The notes: generated by a model not told the origin, from the sequence alone. 64,000 nucleotides of DNA from an uncultured Planctomycetota bacterium (GCA_963823665.1 CAWGMQ010000003.1:1760001-1824000), one strand, 5' to 3'. Positions 21,270 through 33,003 are shown, counted from the first letter of the stretch. Program-made: numbers and translations.

Positions 21270-22406
21270 TCAATACTGGTCGGCGGAGAGGACCTCACCA
21301 CCATTGAGTGTGACCAGACCACGAAGCGAGACGACGTTGACCGTGTCTTTCAGGAATCGGACGCTGCCGTCACCCATCAGAATGTTGGCCCCGCTGGGAT
21401 GGAACGACGCGATCTCGTCGTTATTGCCGGCATTATTGCCCTGGGCGATGAACGTGCCTCCTGTCATCCAGGCGTTCAGCTCGTGGTCGGGACGGTACTT
21501 GTTGTTTGGCGAGCCGGAAACGCCATAGCCCTCGTCGGGCTCTGCCCAGCGCCAGTACCGACGGTACAGGCCCGCACCGCCGGCAGGGCCAGGGTCATTG
21601 GGGCTCACCGCCGTCAGGTATGCCGTGGTCGTTGCATAATATATCCCGTTGGACCCGACACCCGTGAAAACGTCTTGCGTATACGGGCTCAGATAACGCG
21701 GATCTCGGCCGGCGTCCTCGGCCATCGCGATCGTGTTGCTCGTACCGTCCGTGATCTCCGCGATTCGGGTCTTGCCCTGCTTGAGCAAGCCGTTGGCTCG
21801 CGAATACTTGTTCCGGTACGGCGTGACGACGGTCGAGCCTGTGCCTCCGGTCAGCCCATTCGGGTCGATGTCCGTGTAAACGGTCGGACCGTAGTCATTG
21901 TAACCGTAGCCGTTCGTCACAATCGAAATACCGCCGTCATTGATATCGGCACCGTCCCGGCCACCGTCCGGGCTGCGAGTCGACGACGGACAGATGAAGG
22001 CAGCCACGACCTGCGAGCTGCCGGTCAAGTTGATGCCCTGCGCATCGTTGTACTCCCAGATACTGAAATTGAGCGCGTTGAACGATGCCCCGCCTTCCAT
22101 GAAGGACAGGAGTCGGGCGAGCGTACTGTAGCCACCGTCGACGAACTGACTGTTGGCAGGCGTGTTCCCGAAATACGTGGACTCACCACCAGTTGGGAAG
22201 CAACCGTTACTGCTCTCGTAATTGTGCAACGCAAGCCCGATCTGCTTCATGTTGTTCGTGCACTGAGCGCGGCGGGCCGCCTCGCGCGCCGATTGCACCG
22301 CCGGCAACAGCAGAGCGATCAAGACGGCAATGATTGCGATCACCACCAACAGCTCGATCAAGGTGAACGCCGGTCGAAGATACGTCGATCTCGTCCGAGA
22401 TCTCAT
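21270..22406 (-). CDS. DUF1559 family prepilin-type protein
   Basis: [10 protein letters not shown]..., [41 protein letters not shown]. Confidence 0.95.
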   Translation of the reverse strand: MRSRTRSTYLRPAFTLIELLVVIAIIAVLIALLLPAVQSAREAARRAQCTNNMKQIGLALHNYESSNGCFPTGGESTYFGNTPANSQFVDGGYSTLARLLSFMEGGASFNALNFSIWEYNDAQGINLTGSSQVVAAFICPSSTRSPDGGRDGADINDGGISIVTNGYGYNDYGPTVYTDIDPNGLTGGTGSTVVTPYRNKYSRANGLLKQGKTRIAEITDGTSNTIAMAEDAGRDPRYLSPYTQDVFTGVGSNGIYYATTTAYLTAVSPNDPGPAGGAGLYRRYWRWAEPDEGYGVSGSPNNKYRPDHELNAWMTGGTFIAQGNNAGNNDEIASFHPSGANILMGDGSVRFLKDTVNVVSLRGLVTLNGGEVLSADQY

Positions 22407-22573
22407 GGGTCAAAGTCTCCTTGGAAGGAACACGGGGAATGAGAAGCAAGGCATTGAAACACGCTGGAACACACGGTTGATCTGTCGCCTTTCGCTCCGC
22501 GAAAGTGCGTCTTACCACCAGGATCAGGCGTCCTTGCCCGCTCTCGACTCCGCCACAATGCGAGTCGTTTAAC

Positions 22574-23072
22574 TCATCGGCCGCCACGACGATCGTCGCC
22601 GCCGCCTTCTGCTTTTTTCGTGGGAGTCAATTTGAGCTCGAAGTTGTTCTTCGCTTCGTCGCTCGTGACAGTGGCCGTCAGCTCGGAAGTGTCCTCGTCG
22701 AGAAACTGGTCGGCAAACGGATTATTCGCTTTGCCTTTCTTGCCGCCGGACCCCGAGCCGCCCTCGAATGCGCACCTTGTAGTCGCCCTCCGGCAAACCA
22801 TCGCCCGACGCTGATTTGAACGTGAAGCTCCCATCACTCTCGATTGTCGCCGGAGAGGTGACCATCATTTTGCTTCCGACAAACACGACCTGGCCTGAAC
22901 TCAGAGGCTTGCCGTCGGGCAGCAGCACCTTTCCCTTGACCGGATACAACTTCGCCCCGGAGAGAGGGTTAGGTTCACCGCAGCCTCCGACCGCCAAGGC
23001 GAGCCCCGCCGCCATCACCCAGGCGACGCGAATCAACCCACTTCGCGCGGCCCAACCGGAAGTACATGTCAT
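22574..23072 (-). CDS. Carboxypeptidase-regulatory-like lipoprotein (frameshift near 22768)
   Basis: VGGC lipobox, YPVKGKVLLPDGKPL, DGLPEGDYKVRI, continuing in another frame (FLDEDTSELTATV). Confidence 0.75.
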
Positions 23073-23420
23073 CGTTGCTCATTCGATCCTGAATTATTGC
23101 GATCCTGCCGGAAGCTCACTCGAGCCCCAGACCTTGCGCGACCGCGCTTGCTCCAGATAAGTCAGAGTGCAGAATTTTATAAAGAGGGATCGTGCCCTCG
23201 CGTGATAATTTCGTGAAGACGACCAGATTCGCCCGACCAAGCGCGTCACGAAATCAATTGCTGGAACTATAGGGACCCCATCAACCCCGAAAGCGAAGTT
23301 TATGTGAAATTATCATTCAGAAATAGCGAAGCTTGCCGATCCAACTCAGCGCGCGGCGCGGTTGGGCCAATTCAACCAACTCGCCGGGGAAGCGCGGAAC
23401 GTGACTCGGGGACCGCGCAC

Positions 23421-26400
23421 TCACACTTCATCCGCCAGCTCGAGAAGTGAGTCATCGAGGTCGGCATCGCTGTCGGTAGCCACGGTAGCCGGATCGGGCG
23501 TGGGTGTCATCGCCCGCGGACGAGCGGGCGGCGAATCTCCGCCGTCCAGGCGTGCCGTAACTCCGTTCTGGCCGCGCAGGCGAACGTTCCCCGGTCCGAC
23601 AACGGCTTCCAGATCGACGATCAAGCGGTCGTCGTAACGGATCGCCAGTGAAGGACCGGCCCGATAAATCGCGCGGCGCACATGCTCGAGCCCCACGAGC
23701 TCCAGGTAGAGGTCGAGGTTGCCCGGCCTGACTCGGACGAGCCGAAGCAATCGCTCGAGGTGCTCGGTCTGGTGGATTCCCTTGTGCAGCCGCACCACGA
23801 CGCCGCACGCCAGCTCGGCCGGGCCCTGCGCCAGCGGAATGATCTTGCTGATGACCAGCTCGGCCGGATCACGCTGGCGGTTGAGCGCTCCCTTCACGAA
23901 CACGATCTGATCGTCCTTGACCAGTTCCGCCATCTTGGCAAATTCTTCGGGCCAGAGCATGGCCGGCGTGGTTCCGCTCAAATCCTCGAACGTCAGTTTC
24001 GCCATCCGGGTAAGCCCCGACCGGCTCTTCTTCACGTTGGTTTCCTTGACGCTGGTGATCATTCCGCCCAGCACGACTTCGGTCTTCTCGGGGATCGACG
24101 GCAACTGCGCCGCGCGGTGGCTGGCCAGCGCCTGAAGCAGCCCGGCGTGCCTCGTGAGCGGGTGGCTCGAGAGATAGAAGCCCAGCGCTTTCTTTTCGCC
24201 GGCGAGCAAGTCGGCGTCGCACATCTCGGCGACGTCAGGGAGTGCGTTCATCGCGGGCACATGGCCATTTCCGCCATTCAAGTGCGGCGACAGATCTTTC
24301 GTCTCGATATCGTCGAAGAGCCCGAGCTGTCCCCGGCGGCGATCGTCCTGTTTCGACTGGCCGGCCTGAATCGCTCGCGGCAGCACACAGAGAAGCTGAC
24401 TGCGCAGCAGGTTGGGTCGCCGCTCATCGAGACAGTCGAAGGCACCGGCCCGGATGAGCGTCTCGACGCATCCGGCCCCTACTTCCTTGGTCGGAATGCG
24501 TTCAAAGAAGTCGTCCAGACTCCGGAACGGCCCCTTCTGCTCTCTCGCCTTAACAATTGCCTCGACGGCCTTGAACCCGACGCCCTTGATCGCCCCCAGA
24601 CCAAAATGGATCGACCCGACGCCAGCCACCCGGAAGTCGAGATTGCCCTCGTTGATGTTCGGCTTCTGCACCTCGATCCCGAGCCGCCGGCAATCCTCGA
24701 CGTGCTCGATCAAGAACTTGTCGCGCTCGGCGCCGTCCATCTCCGAGGAAAGCACGGCGGCCATGTACTCGGTCGGAAAATGCGCTTTGAGATACGCCGT
24801 CTGAAATGCCACGAGGGCGTAGGCCGTGCTGTGCGACTTGTTGAATCCATAGCCGCCGAAGTGCACGATCAAGTCGAAGATCTTGGCCGCCTGGTCGCGC
24901 TCCAGCCCCTGCTCCATCGACCCCTTCAGGAACTCGTCGCGACTCTTTGCAATCAGCTCGCCCTTCTTCTTCGAGATGGCCTTGATCGTGCCGTACGCCT
25001 GTGAAAGCTCGATGCCTCCCAGGCGGTTCAAGATCCGCATCACCTGCTCTTGGTAGACCATCACCCCGTACGTTTCCTCGAGAATCTCCTTGAGGACCGG
25101 ATGCAGGTAGGTCGCCCGTTTACGGTTGTTCTTGACATCGACATATTCATCGACCATGCCTCCGTTCAAGGGGCCGGGGCGATAAAGCGCGTTGGTCGCG
25201 ATGATGTCCGCAAACCGGTCCGGCTTCATCTTGATCAGCAGATCGCGAATCCCGGACGACTCGAGCTGGAACACGCCCTTGGATTCACCGCGCTGCAACA
25301 GCTCGAACGTCTGGGCGTCATCGAGCGGAATCGTGTCGATGTCGATCGGCGAGGAGGGGTGCCGCTCATTGATGCGCTTGACGGCGACTTCAAGCGTCGT
25401 CAGGTTCCGAAGACCGAGGAAGTCCATCTTGAGCAGGCCGGCCTTTTCGATATCGCCCATCTCCCACTGGGTCGTTACCACTTCCTTGGCCTTGTCTTTG
25501 TTGGGTAGCTTTTGAAGCGGTACCAGCTCCTCGAGCGGCCGGTCGGCGATCACCACGCCGGCCGCGTGCGTGCCGACGTTGCGGTTCATCCCCTCGATCC
25601 GGCGAGCAAAATCGAGCAGCTTCTCGACCTCGGGGTCTTCGTCGGCCATTCGCCGCAGCGCTGGCTCCTCCTTGATCGCTTCGGCGATCGTGATGTTCAA
25701 CCGATTCGGCACAAGCTTGTTGATCATCTCGACTCGGCCCAGTGGAATGTTCAGCGCCCGACCGACGTCCTTGATCGCCGCCTTTGTCTTGAGCGTGCCG
25801 AACGTGCCGATCTGAGCGACGTTGGCATCGCCATACTTCTTCCGCACGTAGTCGATCACCTCGTAGCGACGGTCCTGGCACAGGTCGATATCGATGTCCG
25901 GCGCCTCCGACCGCTTCGGGTCGAGGAACCGCTCGAACAAGAGGTCGTACTTGATCGGGCAGACGTGGCTGATCTGAAGCAAGTAGGAGACCAGCGCGCC
26001 GCAGGCCGAGCCTCGCGCCGAAGCCGGAATGCCGCGCTCTCGTGCGTACCGGACGAAGTCCCAGACGATCAGGAAGTACGACGCAAACCCCATCCCGTTG
26101 ATCACCGAAAGCTCGTGGTCCAGACGTTCCCGCGCCCCTTCCGGCGGGCTCTCGCCGTAGCGAAGTGCCAGACCCGCCTCGCACAGCTCGCGGAGGTAGC
26201 CCTCGGGTGTCTTCTGGTCCGGCGCCGTGAATGAGGGGAAACAACGGCGCCCAAATCCGAGACTCTCGTAATGCGGCTCGACCATGCCGGCAATCCGGGC
26301 CGAAGTAGCCAGCGCCTCGGCGTGGTCGGGCATCGCCGCATACATCTCTTCCGGGCTGCGAATGTAGAACTCCTCGGTGTCGAACCTCATCCGGCTCGGG

Positions 26401-27110
26401 TCATCGACGGTCTTACCGGTGTGAATGCACAAGAGCACGTCGTGCGCGGCTGCGTCTTCCCGAGTGAGATAGTGGGCGTCGCTCGTGGCGACGAGCGGAA
26501 GACCCATTCGCCTGGCAATGTCGATCGCGCCTGTGGCGCATTCCTTCTGAATTCCAACCCCGTTGTCCTGGATCTCGATGTAGAAATTCTCTTCGCCGAA
26601 GACCTTCTGATACCAGGCGCAGAGCCCCTCGGCCTCGGCGATCTTCCCGTGCAGAATGTAATCGGAAAACTCGGCCGACGCGCATCCGGAAAGGCAGATG
26701 AGGCCCTGCGAGTGCCGCTCGAGAATCTCCTTGTCGATCCGAGGCTTGTAGTAGAAGCCCTCGAGAAACGAGAGCGACGAGAGCCGCATCAAGTTTCGGA
26801 ATCCGGTCGCGTCACGCGCAAGCAGCGTCAAGTGAAAGGCGTGCTCCTGCCCGGAGACACCCCCCCCGCCCCGCTCGGCTCGATGCCCCGGTGCCACGTA
26901 GGCCTCTAGCCCGATGATCGGTATGATCCCGCCGGCCTTTGCCTCGCGCAGCAGCTCGACTGCACCGTACAGATTGCCGTGATCCGTGAGCGCGATCGCC
27001 GGCATTCCAAGCAGCTTGGCACGCTCGATCAGATCCGGAATCTTGCTCGCGCCGTCAAGTAGACTGTAGTGGCTGTGGCAATGAAGGTGCACGAATGGAG
27101 GGGTGGACAT
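23421..27110 (-). CDS. dnaE: DNA polymerase III alpha subunit
   Basis: FVHLHCHSHYSLLDG PHP domain, ARGSACG, PDIDID catalytic motif, YGFNKSHS, OB fold. Likely start is MSTPPF at 27110 (1229 aa). Confidence 0.97.
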   Translation of the reverse strand: MSTPPFVHLHCHSHYSLLDGASKIPDLIERAKLLGMPAIALTDHGNLYGAVELLREAKAGGIIPIIGLEAYVAPGHRAERGGGGVSGQEHAFHLTLLARDATGFRNLMRLSSLSFLEGFYYKPRIDKEILERHSQGLICLSGCASAEFSDYILHGKIAEAEGLCAWYQKVFGEENFYIEIQDNGVGIQKECATGAIDIARRMGLPLVATSDAHYLTREDAAAHDVLLCIHTGKTVDDPSRMRFDTEEFYIRSPEEMYAAMPDHAEALATSARIAGMVEPHYESLGFGRRCFPSFTAPDQKTPEGYLRELCEAGLALRYGESPPEGARERLDHELSVINGMGFASYFLIVWDFVRYARERGIPASARGSACGALVSYLLQISHVCPIKYDLLFERFLDPKRSEAPDIDIDLCQDRRYEVIDYVRKKYGDANVAQIGTFGTLKTKAAIKDVGRALNIPLGRVEMINKLVPNRLNITIAEAIKEEPALRRMADEDPEVEKLLDFARRIEGMNRNVGTHAAGVVIADRPLEELVPLQKLPNKDKAKEVVTTQWEMGDIEKAGLLKMDFLGLRNLTTLEVAVKRINERHPSSPIDIDTIPLDDAQTFELLQRGESKGVFQLESSGIRDLLIKMKPDRFADIIATNALYRPGPLNGGMVDEYVDVKNNRKRATYLHPVLKEILEETYGVMVYQEQVMRILNRLGGIELSQAYGTIKAISKKKGELIAKSRDEFLKGSMEQGLERDQAAKIFDLIVHFGGYGFNKSHSTAYALVAFQTAYLKAHFPTEYMAAVLSSEMDGAERDKFLIEHVEDCRRLGIEVQKPNINEGNLDFRVAGVGSIHFGLGAIKGVGFKAVEAIVKAREQKGPFRSLDDFFERIPTKEVGAGCVETLIRAGAFDCLDERRPNLLRSQLLCVLPRAIQAGQSKQDDRRRGQLGLFDDIETKDLSPHLNGGNGHVPAMNALPDVAEMCDADLLAGEKKALGFYLSSHPLTRHAGLLQALASHRAAQLPSIPEKTEVVLGGMITSVKETNVKKSRSGLTRMAKLTFEDLSGTTPAMLWPEEFAKMAELVKDDQIVFVKGALNRQRDPAELVISKIIPLAQGPAELACGVVVRLHKGIHQTEHLERLLRLVRVRPGNLDLYLELVGLEHVRRAIYRAGPSLAIRYDDRLIVDLEAVVGPGNVRLRGQNGVTARLDGGDSPPARPRAMTPTPDPATVATDSDADLDDSLLELADEV

Positions 27111-27234
27111 CGTGATGTCACTCGTGTTCTGGCCGCTCAAGCACCGCGGGCCAACTGCGGGGGACTCGGGTCCATCCCAACGTCCCCGTCGCGTACCGCG
27201 CTTCCGTACGCGCGGCGGCGCGAGCGAGGAGCGC

Positions 27235-27243
27235 AGTTTAACA
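27235..27243 (-). promoter_or_regulatory. Possible extended -10 promoter for dnaE
   Basis: Minus strand TG-T-TAAACT about 125 nt upstream of the start codon. Confidence 0.3.
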
Positions 27244-27394
27244 TATTCGAGCCGGCTCGCCGACGATCTACCGCCGGCGGAGACCGGAAAGAAATCGTCG
27301 AGTCGACGTGGGCTGCGCCGGCGCGTGCCGGAAGCCGGCACGCTCGATCAGCTTACGAGCGCAACGCCGTTGGGAGTGAGTTCAAGCGCGACGC

Positions 27395-27679
27395 TCACAC
27401 GCCGACCAGTTCTCCCCGCTCTTCCTTGATTTCGACGGTCCCGGAGGATGATTCCAGGCCCCGTACGAGTGCGCCAAGCTGCAATGCAAGCAACCGGTCT
27501 TCCGAACCTGGGTTGCGGATGATGTCCAGGAAGTCTTCGGCGCCGATCAGAACCGCCTTGGGCTTGCCATGGATGGTCAGAACGAATCGGGCTCCGGGTT
27601 TTTCGAGTGTCTCGAGGACCTTGGGAAGGTCTCGGTGAAGCGCGCGACTACCAATGAAGCGAACGCGAGACTGCGGCAT
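27395..27679 (-). CDS. Phd/YefM-family antitoxin-like protein (no adjacent toxin)
   Basis: FIGSRALHRDLPKVLETLEKPGARFVLTIHGKPKAVLIGAEDF resembles the Phd N-terminal DNA-binding fold. Confidence 0.7.
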   Translation of the reverse strand: MPQSRVRFIGSRALHRDLPKVLETLEKPGARFVLTIHGKPKAVLIGAEDFLDIIRNPGSEDRLLALQLGALVRGLESSSGTVEIKEERGELVGV

Positions 27680-27790
27680 CGATTCCTCGGGGCCAAGATC
27701 GGCCCAGAACATGAAAGTTGGAGGCGAACAGACAGGAGCCGCCTCACGATACGATGGGCATAGACAAATTAGCCAACTCGTTGCATGGCG

Positions 27791-29784
27791 TCAACGGCTG
27801 TCGTCGTGGAATTGGCTCTCATCCGCCGGGCATGGCCTTCTGTCTTGCGGCTCTCCATCCTTGGCCGCGGCTTTCACAGCCGGCTCGCGCGGTGCGGACT
27901 CGCCGGAGGGTGCCGATTCCGCTTCTTCCTTTGGTTCCGGCTGAGCATTCTTGTCTCTGGGCTCGCCGGCGGTCTTCGACGGGGCCGCCGATTCGGGCTC
28001 TGCCGATGGCGCAACTGATGCCGGCGCGTTACCGGTGCCAATCGCGTCGCTCTTGGGCGCAGGCGATGGGAAAATGTCTGCGAGGTCCGTGTACTTGCCG
28101 AATTGTTCAATGAGCTTGCGGCGGATCGTGTCCCCCTCGACGGGGCGTCCGGCGTGGTCGGCTGCGTCGGCCATGCCGATCTGCTTCTCGACGTATTCGC
28201 GGCGGTCCCTGATAGCCTTTTGAAGCTGTTCCACGCGCCGCAGGGCCAGCAGATACCATTGCCGCTCCTCGGAATCTTCCTGCGGCAGCGGCTTGGCGGC
28301 TTCCTCGAGCGCGCTCGCCATTCCCTGCCATTGCGCCACGGCCGCCAGGTCGTCGCCTCGCTCGGATGCGGCAGTGGCAACCCCGTTGGTCACGACGAAC
28401 TTACGCTCGGCGTCGGTCGACGGCCTTGTCAGGCTGATGTTCAGGCCGCTCGCCAGGTTCGCGCCGCGATTCTCGGCGTCCTCGAGCAAGATCTTGTCGC
28501 GCCACTCGCGCAGTTTTTCCTTGTAGGGATGATCCGGGAATCGCTCGTCAAGCTCCTTCATGTACTCGTTGTGCGCCGTTCGCCAGTCGGAGCGCCGCGA
28601 CGAAGTCATCAGCGTCTCGGCCTGACGATACAAATAGGCGGCATCAGGCGGCCAGACCTTGTAGGCGATGAACGCCCCGATGGCGAGGAGGGCTCCGACC
28701 AAGAGACCGGTTTCGAGCGCCGAGCGGCTGAGCCAGAAGGAGCGGCCATCGGTTTCCGTGCGGTCCGCTCCGGAAACGCCGGAGAGCATCCGTGTCTTGC
28801 GCGTCTTTTTCTTGCGAGCGGAAGTGCTGGGCGAGTCGCCCGCCAGGCTGCTCTCGGCAGCAGCCGCGGCCCCTTTGGAACCTCCCTTCGCCGGTTTCTG
28901 CCCGGGGGTTTGGTTCGGCCAGACCATTGCGATTTTCGCGCCGTGTTGACTTTCTCCCGCAGCTCGCTGAGCTTCATGCCGACGACCGCGGCATCCCACG
29001 GCCGGTCAGTCGGCGACTTCGCCATGAGGTTGACAATCAACTCGTCGAGCACCTTGGGAATTTCTTGAACGCGGGCACTGGGCCGCGGCGGCTGCTCGTT
29101 CAGGTGGCTGTGCATCAGGACGACCGGCGTGCTTCCCTCAAACGGGGGCTTCCCCACGAGCAACTGGTAAAGGACCACCCCGAGCGCGTAAAGGTCTGTC
29201 TTGTGGCTCACCGGGGGAGTTCCCCTGATCTGCTCGGGTGCCATGTAAGCAGCCGTTCCCAGCGTGCGGCCGGTTCCGGTGAGCTGGGTCGCATCCAGGT
29301 CCTTGGCGATCCCGAAATCGGTGAGCTTGACCTTGCCATCGGGTGTGAGCATCAAGTTCGAAGGCTTCAAATCCCGGTGCACCACGCCGTTCTGGTGCGC
29401 ATACTGGAGCGCATCGCAGATCTGGATACCCAGGTCCACCACCTCGAGCCACGGAAGACCGCCGGTCTCGACGATGGACTTCTCGAGCGTCGAGCCGTCG
29501 ACGAATTCCATCGCCAGATACGACGTACCCCGAAAGCGGCCGACCGCCAGGAATCGCACGATGTTCGCGTGGCGGAATTGCTGAAGGATTTCCGCCTCGC
29601 GCTCGAACCGATCGCGGATCTTCCCTCCCTGGGCATATTCGGCGCTGACCACTTTCACCGCGGCCACGCGCCCTGTCTTTTCGTTCGTGGCCCGATACAC
29701 CACACCCATCGCGCCGGAGCCCACGACGGACTCGATCCGGAACGACCCGAGCTTCTCGCCCACCAAACTTTGAGCCTGGCTCAT
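27791..29784 (-). CDS. Membrane Ser/Thr protein kinase (frameshift near 28945)
   Basis: GSGAMGVVY, HRDLKPSN, DFGIAK, YMAPEQ; a TM helix and helical extracytoplasmic domain follow in the second frame. Confidence 0.9.
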
Positions 29785-29836
29785 ATTCGAGAGCTTCCCG
29801 CGGAGCTCGTGGCACGACGTGCGGAGGCGGATTCAC

Positions 29837-31983
29837 TCAGCTTCGCGGCATCGAGCACGATACGCCGCCGGCTGCCGGTAAGTAGCGGTGTTGTACGTAG
29901 TCCATCACCATCCGGTCCGCGTTGAACCGCCACGCCAGAGTTCGAAGCCCGTTCTTCTGCCGGGCGATCCACTCACGCGGAAGCCCGAACTGGTCCCGGT
30001 TGTAATAAAGCGGGACGACCTCGTTGGTTAGCGTTTCGATCAGTGCCTTCTGGTCGCGTTCGTCCTGGATCGATGGGATGGCATGGGTCTGCCCGATACC
30101 GATGGCAAATCCATTGGTCCCATCATACGCCTCGGCCCACCATCCGTCGAGAATCGAGAAATTGAGCGTCCCGTTGAGCGCCGCCTTCTGGCCCGAGGTA
30201 CCGCTGGCCTCCTGCGGCCGCCGCGGATTGTTCAGCCAGACGTCGACCCCTTGCACCAGTTGCCGCGCCACGTTCATGTCGTAGTCTTCCACGAACACGA
30301 TTCGCGATGCAAACTCCTCCTGCCGCGTGAACCGCACGATCCCCTGGATCAGCTCCTTGCCCATCCGGTCTTCGGGATGGGCCTTGCCGCCGAAAATAAT
30401 CTGGATCGGCCGATCGGTCGACCTCACCAGCTCGAGCAGCCGCGCGACGTCCTGCAGAACGAGCCCCGATCGCTTGTACGTGGCGAACCGCCGCGCAAAA
30501 CCGATCGTCGAGCGCATGCACGTCGAGCACCTCCATGGCCTGCTCGATTTCCGCGTCCGGCTCGTTCCGTCGCCGCGCCTGCGAGACCAGCCGGTTCCGC
30601 ACGAAGTTGATCAACCGGGCCTTGAGCACTTGCTGGGTCTCCCACAGCTCGGCGTCTTCGACCCGGCTGATGCTGGCCCAGGTTTCGGGCAGCCGCTGGT
30701 GCCTGGGCCAATCGCTTCCCAGGTTTCGGTCGTACAGGAGATGCATCTGGGGGGCGACCCAGGTCTGTACGTGAATACCGTTTGTGATGTGGCCGATCGG
30801 CACGTTTTCCTCGGCCGCATTCACGAAAAGCGGCTGCCACATCCGCCGCGAGACCGTCCCGTGCAGGGCACTCACGCCGTTTGCATATCGCGAGAGCCGC
30901 AGCGCCAGCACCGTCATGCAGAACGGCTCATTGGGGTCGCCCGGATAAACCCGCCCGAGCCCCATGAAGTCCTCGTACGAGAGATGCAGCGATTCCCGGA
31001 TCGATCCCAGGTGCTCCTCGACCAGAGGCGCGGGGAAACGATCGTGCCCGGCGGCGACCGGAGTGTGTGTCGTGAAAACGGTCATCGCCGACACGTCGCG
31101 CATCACCTCGCCGAACGGCTGCCCGCTCGATTCCATCATCTGGCGGACCATCTCGAGGGTCGCAAAGGCACTATGGCCCTCGTTCAAATGCAACACCCCG
31201 GGCTGGATCGAAAGCGCCTGGAGTGCTCTCACGCCGCCAACCCCGAGCAAGCAGCTCCTGCCGGATCCGTACCCGCGCGTCACCTCCGTAAAGACGCGCC
31301 GTGAGCGAGCGATCCGACTCGCTGTTCTCGGGCACGTTCGAATCTAGCAGGTAGAGTGTGATCCGCCCGACTTCCACCTTCCAGACCCGTGCGTGTAACA
31401 CGCCGGTCGCGATCGCAACGGCCACCAGGAGCGGCTTGCCGTCGGCACCGGTCACACTCTCGATCGGCAGCAGCTCGAGGTCGACGTTCAGGTAAAGCTC
31501 TTGCTGCCAGCCGCTTGAATCCAGGGTCTGACGAAAATACCCCTGGGCATAGAGCAAACCGACTCCCACCAGCGGAATTCCCAGGTCGCTCGCGCTTTTC
31601 AGATGGTCGCCGGCGAGCACGCCCAGGCCGCCCGAGTAGATCGGCAGGCTTTCGTGCAGCCCGAACTCGGCCGAAAAGTAGCAAACCGGCCTCGGCCGTA
31701 ACACCGATGCGTGCAGCGAACCCCAGGACTCGGTGTCGCGCAGATACTCCGAGAGCCGGCGAAATGCGTAATCGATTCGCGAGTCGAGCGCCAGCTCGGC
31801 CGCCCGCCGCTCGAGCTGGTCAACCGGCAGCAGCTTCAGGAACTCGACCGGGTTGTGGTCCACTCGCCGCCACAGAGCCGGATCCAGCTCCCGGAACAGC
31901 CCCATCATGTTCGGCTGCCAGGTCCACCACAGATTACGGGCCAGCTCCCGCAGCTTATCAACCAGTTGGGTCTGACCGACCAT
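29837..31983 (-). CDS. glgP: Alpha-glucan (glycogen) phosphorylase, two frameshifts (~31250, ~30510)
   Basis: YFSAEFGLHESLPIYSGGLGVLAGD, HLNEGH, GFARRFATYKR, EASGTSGQKA (PLP lysine). Confidence 0.93.
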
Positions 31984-32244
31984 GGTCTCACTCCCCGTGT
32001 CTCGTCTCTCCTACGCCTTCGACCGGCTCGAAGGCTTCACCCGCCGGCGGCCTCGCGCCACCGTGATCACGCCGGTGCAAAGGCAGCATAGTATCTCCAA
32101 AGCGCGCCGGATCGCCAAGTCCACTGATTCGCCACCGGATCCCTGGCTCAAGGTGACGAGTTTTCAGCCGCGCGTTAGAATGGGTTGTCGAGTGCTCGGG
32201 TCCGATCGAAAGTCGAACGAGATCCTGGCTTGGAGGCTATGCAC

Positions 32245-32522
32245 ATGAGCACCGTCTCGACGTCCCGGCCCGCGAAACGGCCACCCGATGAGCCGGATCC
32301 GTTCCGGTACGGGTGGCGGTACGTCACCGTCCGCGGCAGCGATGGAAAGGCTACGATTGACCAGATTTCGCTGACTCTGGAGGACGTGCTGTTCCCCGAG
32401 ACGGGAGATTTCATTGTGCAGACGCAGAGGCCCGGCAGATAGCCGAGACTGAAACCAAGCAAGCCGAAGCACGCGTGCGCAAGTTGGAAGAGGCACTCCG
32501 ACGGCTCGGCCAGGGTTCTTGA
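32245..32522 (+). pseudogene. Internally deleted Uma2-family nuclease copy
   Basis: The 5' part MSTVSTSRPAKRPPDEPDPFRYGWRYV...LTLEDVLFPE and the 3' part ...LEEALRRLGQGS* both match 37591-38427; about 560 nt of the middle is missing. Confidence 0.85.
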
Positions 32523-32566
32523 GGGGTCGCGACGGCATCGAACCGCCTACCCGCTGCTGCGCCCAC

Positions 32567-32608
32567 TTGAATTCACCCGCCTGGGCGTCTATATTCGGCT
32601 ATGCGGAT
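32567..32608 (+). promoter_or_regulatory. Sigma70 promoter and ArsR operator of ars operon
   Basis: TTGAAT-17nt-TATATT followed by the imperfect palindrome ATTCG-N6-CGGAT, which overlaps the probably leaderless start. Confidence 0.65.
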
Positions 32609-32963
32609 GAGCAATCAGACTGCTGAACCCCTGGATCTTTCAATTGAGCTCTTCAAGGCGTTTGCCGACCCGGTGCGGTTGCGGCTTCTGAACCTGCTGG
32701 CGGACGACGAAGTGTGCGTCTGCCATCTGCACGCAGCTCTGGACCTGCCGCAATCCACCGTTTCCCGGCATCTGGCGTACCTCAGGAAAAGGGGGCTGGT
32801 CCTCGGTCGTAAGGATGGGCTGTGGGTGCATTATCGCCTGGCGAAACCAGCGGGTGAGTTGCACCGGCATTTGATGGAGTGCCTGAGCGTATGCTCGAAG
32901 GAGCTCGAACTCTTGAAGTTCGACCGGCAAAGGCTGGATCACGGCTCTTGTTGTGGCGACTGA
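32601..32963 (+). CDS. arsR: ArsR family As(III)-responsive repressor
   Basis: ADPVRLRLL, EVCVCHL alpha3 site, SRHLAYLR, C-terminal CC; first gene of the ars operon. Confidence 0.9.
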   Translation: MRMSNQTAEPLDLSIELFKAFADPVRLRLLNLLADDEVCVCHLHAALDLPQSTVSRHLAYLRKRGLVLGRKDGLWVHYRLAKPAGELHRHLMECLSVCSKELELLKFDRQRLDHGSCCGD

Positions 32964-32987
32964 CGCGAAGTTTTTTTGGCCAATTAT

Positions 32988-33003
32988 ATCCGTATTGACG
33001 GAT
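32988..33003. promoter_or_regulatory. Second ArsR-type palindrome before arsM
   Basis: ATCCGT-ATTG-ACGGAT. Confidence 0.5.

Noticed and set aside
27111..27341. 77-aa N-terminal extension of DnaE in the ORF track; possible intein
   Set aside because: The PHP motif begins right after ATG 27110, and 1229 aa is a normal length with no intein motifs seen.
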